Positions 19,227 to 29,654 of a stretch of 64,000 nt of DNA are shown in pieces. Under the pieces are notes generated by a model. That model was not told the DNA's origin and did no database searches. It worked only from the letters and a program-made list of their open reading frames with translations. Location: NCBI GenBank assembly GCA_965115835.1, contig OZ220471.1, positions 1,292,401-1,356,400 on the forward strand, read 5' to 3'. The first letter of the stretch is position 1. Each line of letters starts with the position of its first letter. Source of the stretch: Gammaproteobacteria bacterium (GTDB taxonomy: Bacteria; Pseudomonadota; Gammaproteobacteria; Steroidobacterales; Foliamicaceae). A program made the position numbers and the translations under genes.

Positions 19227-20630
19227 ATGAACAGGCCTGCGCCAACGACCCCGCTCGCCCGCGCGAGCAACCGCGCAAACGGATCCAGGGTTTCGAGAAC
19301 CCTGCGCATCAATTTCGGCGCCGGAGCGCTGGGCATGGCCATCGTCCTGAACACGCCAGCCATCATCCTTGCGCCATTCATGACCAACTTCCTCGGCATT
19401 GGCGCCGGCGCCGCGGCCGCACTCCTGCTGGCCTCGAAGCTCTATGACATGGCCACCGACCCACTCATGGGCATCGCCAGCGACCGTACCCGGAGCCGCT
19501 ACGGGCGCCGGCGCCCGTACCTGTTGCTCGGCGGGTTCATCAGCGCCGCCGGATTCTTCCTGACCTTCAATCCCCATCTGGCGCCCGGCGGGCAGACCTG
19601 GCTCGTCGCATTCATGCTGGCCGCCCTGCTGGTGACCTGTACCGGCTACACGATCTTCAACATCCCTTATCTCGCCATGCCAGCGGAGATGACCGACAGC
19701 TACCACGAACGCACCTCGCTCATGTCCCACCGCATTTTTTTCGTGAACTGCGGCATGCTGGTTTCGGCATTCTCCCCCTTGCTGGTCGAATGGCTGGGCA
19801 AGGATCGGGCAGCGCACGGCGCCATGGGCTGGATCTACGCAACGCTGATCTTGCTGGCCTCCGTGTACGGCTTCTTCGGCACCGCTGCGGCCCGCCAGAC
19901 GGAAGGAGCCAGAAAGAAGACTCATTCCATTCTCATGCAGGTCCGCACCGCTTTCGGCAACCGCCCCCTGAGGCTGCTTCTGGGCGCCAAGCTCTGCCAG
20001 CTTCTCGGCTTCGCCAGCGTGGGAGCAACCGGCCTGTATTTCAAGGTCGTGATCCTGGGAATGAGTTACGCGCTTGCAACCGCCTATCAGGTCACGGGCG
20101 TGCTCGTCATCCTCCTCGTTCTCCCGCTGTGGAGCATTGCCTCGCGCAAGTACGGCAAACGCTCCATCTACATGGTGTGCGCGGCGGGCTACGCCCTGGT
20201 GACGGCGACCTGGCTTCTGGCGACAGCGGAAGATCCGCTGTACTCCTTCTTCGTTCGAGCCGCGTTCCTGGGCCTGTTCGCCAGCGGCGTGCTGGTCATG
20301 GCCCCCTCGCTGCTGCCGGACGCCGTCGAGTACGACTACCTCAAGACCGGAATGCGCCGCGAGGCCACCATTTCCGCCTTCTACACCACCGTCGAAAAGT
20401 TCTCCTTTGCGGTCGGCCCGGCGCTGGCGCTCGCCATCCTGGAGGCGTACGGTTACCGGTCCGGCACGGAAGGCTTGCAAATCGAGCAGCCCGACAGCGC
20501 AATCACGGCAATCTACCTGGGCGCCGGTCTGGCGCCAGCCGCACTCTATGCGCTCAGCCTCGTTTTTCTGGCCAGATACGACCTCACGGAAGAAAAGCTC
20601 AAGGCGATGCGCCGGCTTCGCCAGGCGTGA
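19227..20630 (+). CDS. glycoside-pentoside-hexuronide (GPH) family cation symporter
   Basis: The start is at MNRPAPTT. The GPH signature DMATDPLMGIASDRTRSRYGRRRPYLL is present in a 12-TM-like hydrophobic profile. Confidence 0.75.
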   Translation: MNRPAPTTPLARASNRANGSRVSRTLRINFGAGALGMAIVLNTPAIILAPFMTNFLGIGAGAAAALLLASKLYDMATDPLMGIASDRTRSRYGRRRPYLLLGGFISAAGFFLTFNPHLAPGGQTWLVAFMLAALLVTCTGYTIFNIPYLAMPAEMTDSYHERTSLMSHRIFFVNCGMLVSAFSPLLVEWLGKDRAAHGAMGWIYATLILLASVYGFFGTAAARQTEGARKKTHSILMQVRTAFGNRPLRLLLGAKLCQLLGFASVGATGLYFKVVILGMSYALATAYQVTGVLVILLVLPLWSIASRKYGKRSIYMVCAAGYALVTATWLLATAEDPLYSFFVRAAFLGLFASGVLVMAPSLLPDAVEYDYLKTGMRREATISAFYTTVEKFSFAVGPALALAILEAYGYRSGTEGLQIEQPDSAITAIYLGAGLAPAALYALSLVFLARYDLTEEKLKAMRRLRQA

Positions 20631-20883
20631 GCGCGGTAATGGCCAGCGCGTGGATCGGGCCGTCGATCATTTCACCCAGCGCCGCGTAAACGCGGCGGTG
20701 GCGGGCAAGCGGCGGCAGCCCGCAAAACTGCTCCGCCACGATATGCACCGAATAGTGGCCGCCTCCCTCGCGCGCGCCCACATGCCCCGCATGAAAGCGC
20801 GAATCGTCCCTTACCTCGACCTCGCAGGGCGCCAGCGCCGCAAGCAGCCGAGCGCGAATGAGCGCAGTGCGATCCGCACTCAT
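20599..20883 (-). CDS. bolA: BolA family protein
   Basis: The 94-aa product reads MSADRTALIRARL...FHAGHVG...HYSVHIVAEQF...RHRRVYAAL...IHALAI. Confidence 0.85.
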   Translation of the reverse strand: MSADRTALIRARLLAALAPCEVEVRDDSRFHAGHVGAREGGGHYSVHIVAEQFCGLPPLARHRRVYAALGEMIDGPIHALAITALTPGEAGASP

Positions 20884-20885
20884 CG

Positions 20886-21437
20886 TCACTCGACCACCCT
20901 GAGCGAGCGCACCAGCCAGAACGCCTGCAGCACGGCAAACGCCAGGGTCAGGCCAGTCAGACCGAACAGCTTGAAATACACCCAGACGGGCTCGCTGAAG
21001 GTATACGCCACCCACAGGTTGAGGACGCCCATGGACGCCAGAAACGCCAGCCAGGCCCAGTCGAGAACCGACGCCGCCCGGGGCGGAAGATGCGCGAACC
21101 CCTCGGCCCGGGACGCCAGCATTGCGTGGACCACTCCCTTTCGCTTCCACAGGCGGGCAACGAACAGGGCCAGACTCACTGCCCAGTAGAGGACAGTCGG
21201 CTTCCACTTGATAAACACCGGATCCTTCAGCAAGACCGTCAGCGCGCCGAACACCAGAACCAGCACCCCCGAGACCAGCGTGGTCGGCTTCGGCCGGTAA
21301 CGGCCGCCAATCAGCCACTGCAAGGCAAGCTGCACGATCACGGCGCCCATGAGCACCCACACGGCGGGAATCATCCCCCACAGGATGTAGGCGGCGAAAA
21401 ACGGCGCCAGAAAGAAAAAATCCAGGGCAAGCTGCAC
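20886..21437 (-). CDS. yciB: intracellular septation protein A (YciB/IspZ)
   Basis: The GTG start gives MQLALDFFFLAPFFAAYILWG, then TM-rich sequence with KDPVFIKWKPTVLYW. Only the last 183 codons of the 599-aa ORF look real. Confidence 0.8.
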   Translation of the reverse strand: MQLALDFFFLAPFFAAYILWGMIPAVWVLMGAVIVQLALQWLIGGRYRPKPTTLVSGVLVLVFGALTVLLKDPVFIKWKPTVLYWAVSLALFVARLWKRKGVVHAMLASRAEGFAHLPPRAASVLDWAWLAFLASMGVLNLWVAYTFSEPVWVYFKLFGLTGLTLAFAVLQAFWLVRSLRVVE

Positions 21438-21497
21438 GGCGGCGGCAATGATAGCCCGTCCGCCTCGCCTTTTCCCCAGGCTGCATATAATGCGCCG

Positions 21498-22970
21498 ATG
21501 CTCCGCTTCGGCCAACATCCGCGGGGGCTCGCAACCCTGTTCTTCACCGAGATGTGGGAGCGCATGAGCTATTACGGCATGCGCGCCCTGCTGGTGCTCT
21601 TCATGGTCGATCAGGTGCAAAGGGGCGGCATGGGCCTGAGCGACGAAATCGCCACCGCCATTTATGGCGTGTACACCGCCGCCGTGTACCTGGTTGCGCT
21701 GCCGGGCGGATGGATGGCGGACCGACTGCTGGGCGGCCAGCGGGCCGTGTGGGTGGGCGGCGTCATCATCATGAGCGGGCATTTCGTGCTGGCCATCCCC
21801 AGCGTTGCCGCCTTCTACCTCGGGCTGCTCCTGGTGGTCATGGGCACCGGGCTGTTGAAGCCCAACATCAGCGCCCTGGTGGGACAACTCTACGCGCCCA
21901 CCGACCCGCGCCGCGACGGCGGATTCACGCTCTATTACCTCGGCATCAATGTCGGCGCGTTCATCGGTCCGCTGGTTTGCGGCAAGCTGGCCGACTACAA
22001 CTGGCACTACGGCTTCGCCGCGGCAGGCGTGGGAATGTTCTTCGGCCTGGTGCAGTTTCATTTCACCCGGGAGTACCTGGGGGAGGCCGGCGCCCGTCCC
22101 GAAGCCGCGCTCTCGCCAACCTGGCGAAGGATGGCGTGGCTGGGCGTGGTGGCCTGTCTGGCGACTTGCGCCGTCGTTTACGCAGCCGCCCTCGGCGGCG
22201 CCATCGAACTGAACGCCCGCGCCATTGCGGGAGCGAGCGCCTGGGTGATCCTTGCGGTGGCCGCGATCTACTTTATTTTGCTGCTGTTTTACGGGGGGCT
22301 GACCTCTCGGGAACGCCTTCGCATGGTCGGCATCATCGTACTGTTCTTCGGCGCCGTCATGTTCTGGGCCGGCTTCGAGCAGTCCGGCTCGTCCCTCAAC
22401 CTGTTCGCCGAACGCTACACCATCCGCGAGTTCGGGGGGTTCCGCTTTCCGGCGGAGTGGTTCCAGTCGCTCAACCCCTTCTTCATCATCGTCCTGGGGC
22501 CGCTGTTCGCCATGCTGTGGACAGCCCTGGCGCGCCGCAATCTCGACCCGTCCACGCCGCTGAAATTCGCCTTCGGCCTCATCCAGCTCGGACTGGGATT
22601 CCTGGTGATGATCGGCGCCGCCACCCTGGTGGCCAGGGGCAACCCGGTCCTGCCCACCTGGCTGTTCTTCACCTACCTGCTGCACACCACCGGCGAGCTT
22701 TGCCTGAGCCCGGTGGGCCTGTCCGCCGTCACGCGGCTGGCGCCCAGGAAATACGTGGGGCAGATGATGGGCATCTGGTTTCTGGGGGCGTCGCTGGGCA
22801 GCCTGATCGCCGGACTGATCGCGGGCGAGTTCGACCCCGAGGCGCTCGGCGACATGCCGGGACTGTACTGGCAGATCGTGCTCACCACCGTGGGCAGCGG
22901 CTTGATCCTTGCGGTTTGCCTCAAACCGCTGAAAAAATGCATGACACCTGCGGAGGAAGTGAAAAAATGA
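21498..22970 (+). CDS. proton-dependent oligopeptide transporter (POT/PTR2, DtpT-like)
   Basis: GLATLFFTEMWERMSYYGMRALLVLF is the ExxERFxYY-type motif. The rest is polytopic MFS. Confidence 0.85.
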   Translation: MLRFGQHPRGLATLFFTEMWERMSYYGMRALLVLFMVDQVQRGGMGLSDEIATAIYGVYTAAVYLVALPGGWMADRLLGGQRAVWVGGVIIMSGHFVLAIPSVAAFYLGLLLVVMGTGLLKPNISALVGQLYAPTDPRRDGGFTLYYLGINVGAFIGPLVCGKLADYNWHYGFAAAGVGMFFGLVQFHFTREYLGEAGARPEAALSPTWRRMAWLGVVACLATCAVVYAAALGGAIELNARAIAGASAWVILAVAAIYFILLLFYGGLTSRERLRMVGIIVLFFGAVMFWAGFEQSGSSLNLFAERYTIREFGGFRFPAEWFQSLNPFFIIVLGPLFAMLWTALARRNLDPSTPLKFAFGLIQLGLGFLVMIGAATLVARGNPVLPTWLFFTYLLHTTGELCLSPVGLSAVTRLAPRKYVGQMMGIWFLGASLGSLIAGLIAGEFDPEALGDMPGLYWQIVLTTVGSGLILAVCLKPLKKCMTPAEEVKK

Positions 22971-24763
22971 AGTACCGAATCGTCATTACGACCCTGGCCA
23001 TGACCCTTTTCGCCGGCGCTTCCGTGCCGGACACAGCGCAACCCGACGCCGAGGAGTTCGTCAGGCAGACCAGCCGGAAGTACGAGGAAACGCGCCGGGA
23101 GGCGGCGGCTGCGGGCTGGGCCTACCAGACGTATATCACCCCGGACACCTCGCTGCTGGCCTCCAGGGCGCAGGAACGCGCACTGAAGCTCCAGAACGAG
23201 GCGGTGGCGGGCGCCCGGCAATACGACGGCATGGACCTCGATCCCGTCACGCAGCGCGCCATCGATACAATCAAATGGGGAGCGACGCTGCCTGCGCCCA
23301 ACGACGACGCCAAGCGCCGCGAGCTGTCGGAAATCATGACGCGCATGGAAGGCGCCTACGGAAGCGGCAAGTACTGCCCGGACGGACCGGAAAGCTGCCG
23401 GGACCTCGAGGAGTTGAGCGTGGTGATGGCTCGCAGCCGGAATTACGACGAGCTGCTGGACGCCTGGCGCGGCTGGCGAACCATTTCACCGCCGTTGCGG
23501 GCCGATTACCAGCGCTTCGTGGAGTTGGGCAACGAGGGCGCCCGGGAGCTTGGATTCAACGACATGGGCGAACTGTGGCGCTCGGGCTACGACATGCCCG
23601 TGGCGGACTTTCGCGACGAAGTGGAGCGACTCTGGAGCCAGGTTTCACCGCTGTACGAGCAGTTGCACTGCTACACCGCCAACAAGCTCAGGCAGGCTTA
23701 CGGCGAGGCTGTCGTGCCGAAGGGCGAGCCGATTCCGGCGCACCTGCTGGGCAACATGTGGTCGCAAACCTGGGGAGAGATCTTCGAGCTGGCGGAGCCC
23801 CATGCGGGAGTCGCGAAGCTGGATGTGACCCAGGCGATGCAGGACCAGGGCTACACCGCCGCGTACATGACCGAACTCGCCGAAGACTTCTTCGTGTCGC
23901 TGGGGATGCCGAAACTCCCCGGGAGTTTCTGGCAGCGCTCGATGCTGGTAAAGCCCGCCGACCGCGAGGTGGTCTGCCACGCCAGCGCATGGAGCATGGA
24001 CGGCAAGGACGATGTGCGGATCAAGATGTGCATCGAACCCACCCAGGAACACCTGTTTACCATCTATCACGAACTGGGCCACATCTACTACTTCCTCGCC
24101 TACCGCGACCAGCCGATCCTGTTCCAGTCCGGAGCGCATGACGGCTTCCATGAGGCCGTCGGCGACACCGTCACGCTGTCGATGACCGGCGACTTTCTCA
24201 GGAACCTCGGGCTGGTGGAGCAGGCGGAGGACAGCCCCGAGGCGCTGATCAATGCGCAGATGAAGCTGGCGCTGGACAAGATCGCCTTCTTGCCGTTCGG
24301 CAAGCTCATGGACCAGTGGCGCTGGGGCGTGTTTTCCGGGGAGATTGCGCCGCAGGATTACAACGCGGCCTGGTGGGATCTCAGAACCCGCTACCAGGGA
24401 ATCCGGCCACCGGTCGAACGCAGCGAAGCCGACTTCGACCCGGGCGCCAAGTACCACATTCCAGCCAATACGCCCTACACGCGCTACTTCCTGGCCTTCG
24501 TGCTGCAATTCCAGTTCCAGAGGGCGCTGTGCGAGGCAAGCGGCTTCGAGGGCCCGCTGCATGAATGCTCCATCTATGGAAACAGGAAAGCCGGCGAGTT
24601 GCTGTGGAAGATGCTCCGGCAGGGCTCGAAGCAACCCTGGCAGGACTCGCTGGAAGAAGTAACCGGACAGCGGGAGATGGACGCATCGGCAATCATTGCC
24701 TATTTCCAGCCGCTCATGGACTGGCTGGAAACCGAAAACAGGGGGCTTGCCTGCGGCTGGTAG
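22967..24763 (+). CDS. peptidase M2 (angiotensin-converting-enzyme-like peptidyl-dipeptidase), secreted
   Basis: An ATGA overlap couples it to the POT gene. The signal peptide is MKYRIVITTLAMTLFAGA. Zinc motifs are TIYHELGHIYYF and GFHEAVGDTV. Confidence 0.85.
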   Translation: MKYRIVITTLAMTLFAGASVPDTAQPDAEEFVRQTSRKYEETRREAAAAGWAYQTYITPDTSLLASRAQERALKLQNEAVAGARQYDGMDLDPVTQRAIDTIKWGATLPAPNDDAKRRELSEIMTRMEGAYGSGKYCPDGPESCRDLEELSVVMARSRNYDELLDAWRGWRTISPPLRADYQRFVELGNEGARELGFNDMGELWRSGYDMPVADFRDEVERLWSQVSPLYEQLHCYTANKLRQAYGEAVVPKGEPIPAHLLGNMWSQTWGEIFELAEPHAGVAKLDVTQAMQDQGYTAAYMTELAEDFFVSLGMPKLPGSFWQRSMLVKPADREVVCHASAWSMDGKDDVRIKMCIEPTQEHLFTIYHELGHIYYFLAYRDQPILFQSGAHDGFHEAVGDTVTLSMTGDFLRNLGLVEQAEDSPEALINAQMKLALDKIAFLPFGKLMDQWRWGVFSGEIAPQDYNAAWWDLRTRYQGIRPPVERSEADFDPGAKYHIPANTPYTRYFLAFVLQFQFQRALCEASGFEGPLHECSIYGNRKAGELLWKMLRQGSKQPWQDSLEEVTGQREMDASAIIAYFQPLMDWLETENRGLACGW

Positions 24764-24851
24764 ATGGTCTCGCCCCTATCCGGGGCGCACGACACGCCAA
24801 AGGCTCTCACAGGCAGAGCCTGCCCCCGGGCCTTGCAGGAAAATTGCGACG

Positions 24852-26849
24852 ATGACACGAAGGATTCTCGTTACCGCAGCGTTGCCATACGCCAGCGGCC
24901 GTATTCATCTGGGCAACCTGCTGGAGATGGTGCAGACCGACATCTGGGTACGCTACCAGCGGCTGTCCGGCGCGGATTGCGTCCTGGTGTGCGCCACCGA
25001 CGCGCACGGAACGCCCACCATGCTCAAGGCGCGCGAGGAAGGCAAGAGCCCGGAAGAGTACGCCGAATCCTGCCGGGTGGCGCATATGCGGGATTTCGAG
25101 GCCTTCGGAATCCGCTTCGACAACTACTACACGACTCATTCGCCGGAAAACCGCGAACTGGTGGAGCGTATCTACGCGCGGCTGGTGGAGCGGGGGCATA
25201 TCCGCACCCGCACCATACAGCAGGCCTACGACGAACAGGCCGGCATGTTCCTGCCGGACCGCTATGTGCGTGGCGAATGTCCGCGCTGCGGCGCGCAGGA
25301 TCAGTACGGCGACAGCTGTTCCTCCTGCGGCGCCACCTATGCGCCGTCGGAACTCGTCAATCCGCGTTCGATCCTGAGCGGCCTCGCCCCGGTCACTCGC
25401 GAATCGGAACACAAGTTCTTCAAGCTGGCGGAATTCGAGCCGCTCCTGAAAACCTGGATGCAGGCCAGCAACCTGAACCGGGGCGCCCGCAACAAGCTGG
25501 CCGAATGGTTCGGGGAAGGCTTGAGAGACTGGGACATCACGCGCGACGAGCCGTATTTCGGGTTTGAAGTGCCAGGCGAGAAAGGCAAGTACTTCTACGT
25601 CTGGCTGGACGCCCCGGTGGGCTACATGGCCAGTTTCCGCAACCTTTGCGGTCCCGGCACGGAGGGCGAGGCCCGGTTCGGGCAGTACTTCGGCCCGGAC
25701 AGCGACGCGGAGCTGTATCACTTCATCGGCAAGGACATCCTGTACTTCCACGCGCTGTTCTGGCCGGCGGTGCTCCTGGGGGCGGGCCTGCGCACGCCCA
25801 GCGGCGTGTTCGTGCATGGGTTCCTCACCGTCGACGGCCAGAAGATGTCGAAGTCGCGCGGCACTTTCATCACCGCCGCCGACTACCTCGCCGCCGGTCT
25901 GGAGCCCGACTGCCTGCGCTATTACTACGCCGCAAAGCTGGGGCCGGGGATGGACGACATCGACCTGCAACTGGAGGATTTCGCCGCCAGGATCAACTCC
26001 GACCTTGTGGGCAAGCTGGTCAATATCGCCAGCCGTTGCGCCAGCTTCATCGAACGTGGATTCGACAATCGCCTGGGGCCGCGCCTGCACGACCCGTCCC
26101 TTCACGAGGAATTCGTCGCGCAAAGGGAGGAGCTGGGCGCGCACTACGAGTCCCGTTCCTACGCCAGGGGCATGCGGGCAATCGGGGCGCTGGCCGACCG
26201 GGCCAATGTCTGGATCAATGAACACAAGCCCTGGGAACTGGTCAGGCAACCGGAAAGGCGAGACGAGCTGCAGGCAGTAGCCACCCAGGGAATCAACCTG
26301 TTTCGGGTGCTGATGACCTACCTCGCGCCGGTGCTTCCGAACATTTCCTCGAAGGCCGGGGACTTCCTGCGCTGCGAGTTGAGCTGGCGCGCCATCGACA
26401 AGCCGCTGCTCGGCCAATCCATCGGCAAGTTCAAACCTCTGGCGAAGCGCATATCCCTGAAGACGCTCAAGGCGCTGGTCGAAGCCAACCGCGGACAGGC
26501 CGCTGCCGAAGCAGGCAGCATCGAGCCGCTCGATCTCGAGGACTTCCTGCGCACCGACCTTCGCGTGGCGAAAATTGTCAACGCCGAGCGGGTGCCCGGC
26601 GCCAACCGGCTGTTGCGCCTTGCGCTGGATGACGGCGGCAAGGGCCGCACCGTCTTTGCCGGGATTGCCGGCGCCTACGCGCCGTCGATCCTGGTTGGCC
26701 GCAAGGTGGTGCTGGTGGCGAACCTGAAGCCGCGCAAGATGCGCTTCGGGGTGTCGGAGGGTATGGTGCTGGCCGCCGGAGAAGACGATTCGCGCGTTTT
26801 CCTGCTGTCGCCCGACGAAGGAGCGGAGCCGGGCATGCGGGTGCGCTGA
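24852..26849 (+). CDS. metG: methionine--tRNA ligase
   Basis: Motifs are [13 protein letters not shown], a Zn knuckle ([18 protein letters not shown]), KMSKSRG and a C-terminal tRNA-binding domain ([17 protein letters not shown]). Confidence 0.95.
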   Translation: MTRRILVTAALPYASGRIHLGNLLEMVQTDIWVRYQRLSGADCVLVCATDAHGTPTMLKAREEGKSPEEYAESCRVAHMRDFEAFGIRFDNYYTTHSPENRELVERIYARLVERGHIRTRTIQQAYDEQAGMFLPDRYVRGECPRCGAQDQYGDSCSSCGATYAPSELVNPRSILSGLAPVTRESEHKFFKLAEFEPLLKTWMQASNLNRGARNKLAEWFGEGLRDWDITRDEPYFGFEVPGEKGKYFYVWLDAPVGYMASFRNLCGPGTEGEARFGQYFGPDSDAELYHFIGKDILYFHALFWPAVLLGAGLRTPSGVFVHGFLTVDGQKMSKSRGTFITAADYLAAGLEPDCLRYYYAAKLGPGMDDIDLQLEDFAARINSDLVGKLVNIASRCASFIERGFDNRLGPRLHDPSLHEEFVAQREELGAHYESRSYARGMRAIGALADRANVWINEHKPWELVRQPERRDELQAVATQGINLFRVLMTYLAPVLPNISSKAGDFLRCELSWRAIDKPLLGQSIGKFKPLAKRISLKTLKALVEANRGQAAAEAGSIEPLDLEDFLRTDLRVAKIVNAERVPGANRLLRLALDDGGKGRTVFAGIAGAYAPSILVGRKVVLVANLKPRKMRFGVSEGMVLAAGEDDSRVFLLSPDEGAEPGMRVR

Positions 26850-26857
26850 ATCGCCCG

Positions 26858-27262
26858 GTGCAGCCCTCGGTAGCGCGCATCGACGAAGCGGCGTGCGTGG
26901 GCTGCGCGCGCTGTCTGCCTGCCTGTCCGGTGGACGCCATCATCGGCAGCCGGGATTTCACCCACACCGTCATCCACAAGGAATGCGTGGGCTGCGGCCT
27001 GTGTCTGGCGCCCTGCCCGGTCGAATGCATCGTGCTCGAGCCCCGCTTCGCCGCGCCGGCCACCGATGGCGAGGAACAAGACAGGCGCCGCAACAGTCTG
27101 CGCAGCCTGGCCGAAACGGCCCGGCGGCGTTTCCGGGCTCGCCGGCAGCGGGTCTCCGATCTCGGCGAACGAGCCGAGGCGCGCCAGTCCGGCGCGCCGC
27201 CCGCCTCGGCGGCAACCCCTTCCGGCGACGAAATCGAGGCCCTGATCCGCCGCCTTTCCTGA
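26858..27262 (+). CDS. 2x[4Fe-4S] ferredoxin (RnfB C-terminal-like)
   Basis: Two cluster motifs are present, [12 protein letters not shown] and [12 protein letters not shown]. The start is GTG. Confidence 0.7.
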   Translation: MQPSVARIDEAACVGCARCLPACPVDAIIGSRDFTHTVIHKECVGCGLCLAPCPVECIVLEPRFAAPATDGEEQDRRRNSLRSLAETARRRFRARRQRVSDLGERAEARQSGAPPASAATPSGDEIEALIRRLS

Positions 27263-27331
27263 CCCCCGGCCGGGGGCGGGAAACGAGGTCATCCACTTTG
27301 GTCGATAGCCGGAAGCTCCCGGCCAGACAGG

Positions 27332-28594
27332 CTACCGGGCGGCTTCCAGCTCCTCTTCGGTAGCGTAGTGGCGGATCTGCCACTCGGAGATCATCGGCAA
27401 GCTGCGGTACATCAGCAGAACCAGGAAGAGCCAGGCGCAAAGCGCGGCAATGGCGATCAGCCATTCGGAGGCGACCATGAACGGCACATGGCTGTCGTTC
27501 AAAAAAGGCATGACAATCAGGTAGCGGTTGATCCAGAAACCGACCACCAGAACTCCGGACAACAGCAGCATCGCCGGCCAGGACCGCTTCACCCAGGCGA
27601 AGATCCCGCACAACAACGGAATGAAGAACATGCAGCTCACCATGGCCCAGAAAAACGGCTGGTAGTGCCCGTACATGTATTTCCTGACCACTCCGTACTC
27701 ATGCGGGAGGTTGCCGAACCAGGAAACGAAGTACTGCGCCCAGAACATGTACAGCCACAGCAGGCTGAATGAAGTCACGAGGATGCCCATCTGCTTGAGG
27801 CGACCGCGGTCGAACCACTCTCTCAGGCCCTCGCAGCGCCACAGCGCCGCGCTCATCAGCAGCAGCGCCCCGCACCCAGCAAGGTTGACGCCCTGAATGA
27901 AATACATCGGAAACACCGAGCTGTGGTAGTGCTCGACCAGCATCATCCCGAAATCCCAGGCGACCAGGGAGTTGCCGACCACATAGAAGAGCAGGATGAA
28001 AAAGGACGAATGGAACAACCGCCGCTGCAGCGCAAACGTGTCCACACGGCGGCGCCAGACGGCCAGCCTGCGCCAGACTGCGCGACACAGGGCATTGCCG
28101 CTTGCAGCCCGTTCATCGGTGGAATCGGGCAGCAGCCCCCAGCAGAAATACAGCACGGACAAGCCGTAGAAGGCCGCCATTGCAACCAGATGGCGCCACA
28201 GCAGGAAATCCTCGTTCAGCCATGGACTCGGATCATGCCCGCCAGCGGTTTCGCGCAACCAGTAAAACAGCGATTCCCGGCCGCAGGCGAAGATCAGACC
28301 GAAGCCGATGAACGCGAACGGCAAAAACGCCAGCGTCATCACCTCGCCCACGCGGTAGAAGGGTCGCGCGAACTCGGCCTTGCAAAGACGCATCACCGCG
28401 GTAAAGCAGATGCCTGCCTGACTCAGGCCGGTCACGAACATCCACATGACAACCGCAAAGGCCCAGGGGAATTGGCCGTCGTCCCCCATCCCGGGCAGCA
28501 GCACAAGGGACCCGCCCGCCAGCCCCGCCAGGAGAGCGGCCGTCGTCACGAAGGCCGAGCGGCTCAGCGCGCCCCTGCCCGCGGTCCGGTTCAT
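27332..28594 (-). CDS. actF: Alternative Complex III subunit ActF (NrfD-like membrane subunit)
   Basis: The start at MNRTAGRG forms an ATGA overlap with actE. It is a polytopic membrane protein occupying the last position of the act operon. Confidence 0.7.
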   Translation of the reverse strand: MNRTAGRGALSRSAFVTTAALLAGLAGGSLVLLPGMGDDGQFPWAFAVVMWMFVTGLSQAGICFTAVMRLCKAEFARPFYRVGEVMTLAFLPFAFIGFGLIFACGRESLFYWLRETAGGHDPSPWLNEDFLLWRHLVAMAAFYGLSVLYFCWGLLPDSTDERAASGNALCRAVWRRLAVWRRRVDTFALQRRLFHSSFFILLFYVVGNSLVAWDFGMMLVEHYHSSVFPMYFIQGVNLAGCGALLLMSAALWRCEGLREWFDRGRLKQMGILVTSFSLLWLYMFWAQYFVSWFGNLPHEYGVVRKYMYGHYQPFFWAMVSCMFFIPLLCGIFAWVKRSWPAMLLLSGVLVVGFWINRYLIVMPFLNDSHVPFMVASEWLIAIAALCAWLFLVLLMYRSLPMISEWQIRHYATEEELEAAR

Positions 28595-29163
28595 TCCGCG
28601 GCCTGCCCTTCCGCTTCGGTTTCGGTGGCTTGCGCCATCCTTGCGGCCTGCTCGAGCAACCCGGTCCGCAGATAGCGCACGATACGCCAGCGGTCGTCTT
28701 TGGATATCGCAAAGCGATAACCGGGCATCACGACGCCGCCATGCGTGATCGTGTAGAAGAGTTGGCCGTCGGGCTGGTTCTGGACATAGGGCAGCGTCAG
28801 GTCCATGGGCTGCGGGTTGTACTTGAGGCCCACATTGCCGTCGCCGGTTCCTCCCGCACCGTGACAGGTCTGGCAATAGTGCTGGTACTTGAGCGCGCCG
28901 CGTCCGCCGGCGCCCTCATCGCCCGCAAGCGGATTGTCCAGCCTCTCGCCCGCCTTCAGCCGCGCCCGCACCAGATCCTCAAGGCCGTCCGGCCCGTCCA
29001 GCTCGCCTCCGTCGCGGGGAACGGACCGGGCCGGCAACTCCACCGGGAACTCCTGGGTCTTGACGCTGGGCTGGTCCTTCATGTCGTCGTTCCAGGGCAG
29101 CGCCTCGAGCACGACCGGGGCCGCCAGCGCGGCGCACAACAGCAGGGCGGAAATCCGCTTCAT
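28591..29163 (-). CDS. actE: Alternative Complex III monoheme cytochrome c subunit ActE
   Basis: The signal peptide is MKRISALLLCAALAAP. There is a single CQTCH heme motif. An ATGA overlap couples it to actD. Confidence 0.75.
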   Translation of the reverse strand: MKRISALLLCAALAAPVVLEALPWNDDMKDQPSVKTQEFPVELPARSVPRDGGELDGPDGLEDLVRARLKAGERLDNPLAGDEGAGGRGALKYQHYCQTCHGAGGTGDGNVGLKYNPQPMDLTLPYVQNQPDGQLFYTITHGGVVMPGYRFAISKDDRWRIVRYLRTGLLEQAARMAQATETEAEGQAAE

Positions 29164-29654
29164 CGCTCGCCGTCCCGCTCCACCGACTCGGCGCCCGAGG
29201 CGCGCAGTATCCCTTCGGCCTGATCCGCAGACGCGCCCGCCACCGCGATCACAAAGCGGTCCACATGGCTGGACGGACGATAGACCCGGTCGCGCCAGGC
29301 GGGAAAGCGGCCCACCACAAAGAAGGCGAGCAGCGTTGCGAGCACACCCAGAAGAATGGTCGATTCGTAGGTGATCAGCAGGTAGGGCGGCAGGGAAATC
29401 ACGGGCCGCCCGGCGGTGGGCAGGACAAACCGGGTGGCCGTCCACACGCACAGCGCAAATCCGCCGACCGCGCCCAGTAGGGCGCCCAGCAGGGTGTACA
29501 GCCGCACCTTCGACCGGCCCAGCCCCAGCGCTTCTTCCGCCCCGTGCAGCGGAATGGGCGAGAAAAGCTCGATGCCGGCAACACCCTGCTCGCGCAGCGC
29601 GCGGGCCGCCGCAAGCGCCGTGTCCTCGTGCGAGAAGGTGGCAAGCAGCGTCAC
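29160..29654 (-). CDS. actD: Alternative Complex III subunit ActD (DUF3341)
   Basis: The 164-aa product begins MTLLATFSHEDTALAAARALREQG and is followed by two TM helices. Its position lies between the two NrfD-like subunits. Confidence 0.7.
   Translation of the reverse strand: MTLLATFSHEDTALAAARALREQGVAGIELFSPIPLHGAEEALGLGRSKVRLYTLLGALLGAVGGFALCVWTATRFVLPTAGRPVISLPPYLLITYESTILLGVLATLLAFFVVGRFPAWRDRVYRPSSHVDRFVIAVAGASADQAEGILRASGAESVERDGER

Noticed and set aside
27263-27276. The palindrome CCCCCGGCCGGGGG between the ferredoxin gene and actF, considered as a bidirectional terminator
   Set aside because: It forms a GC stem but has no U-tract on either strand, so I cannot support calling it a terminator.
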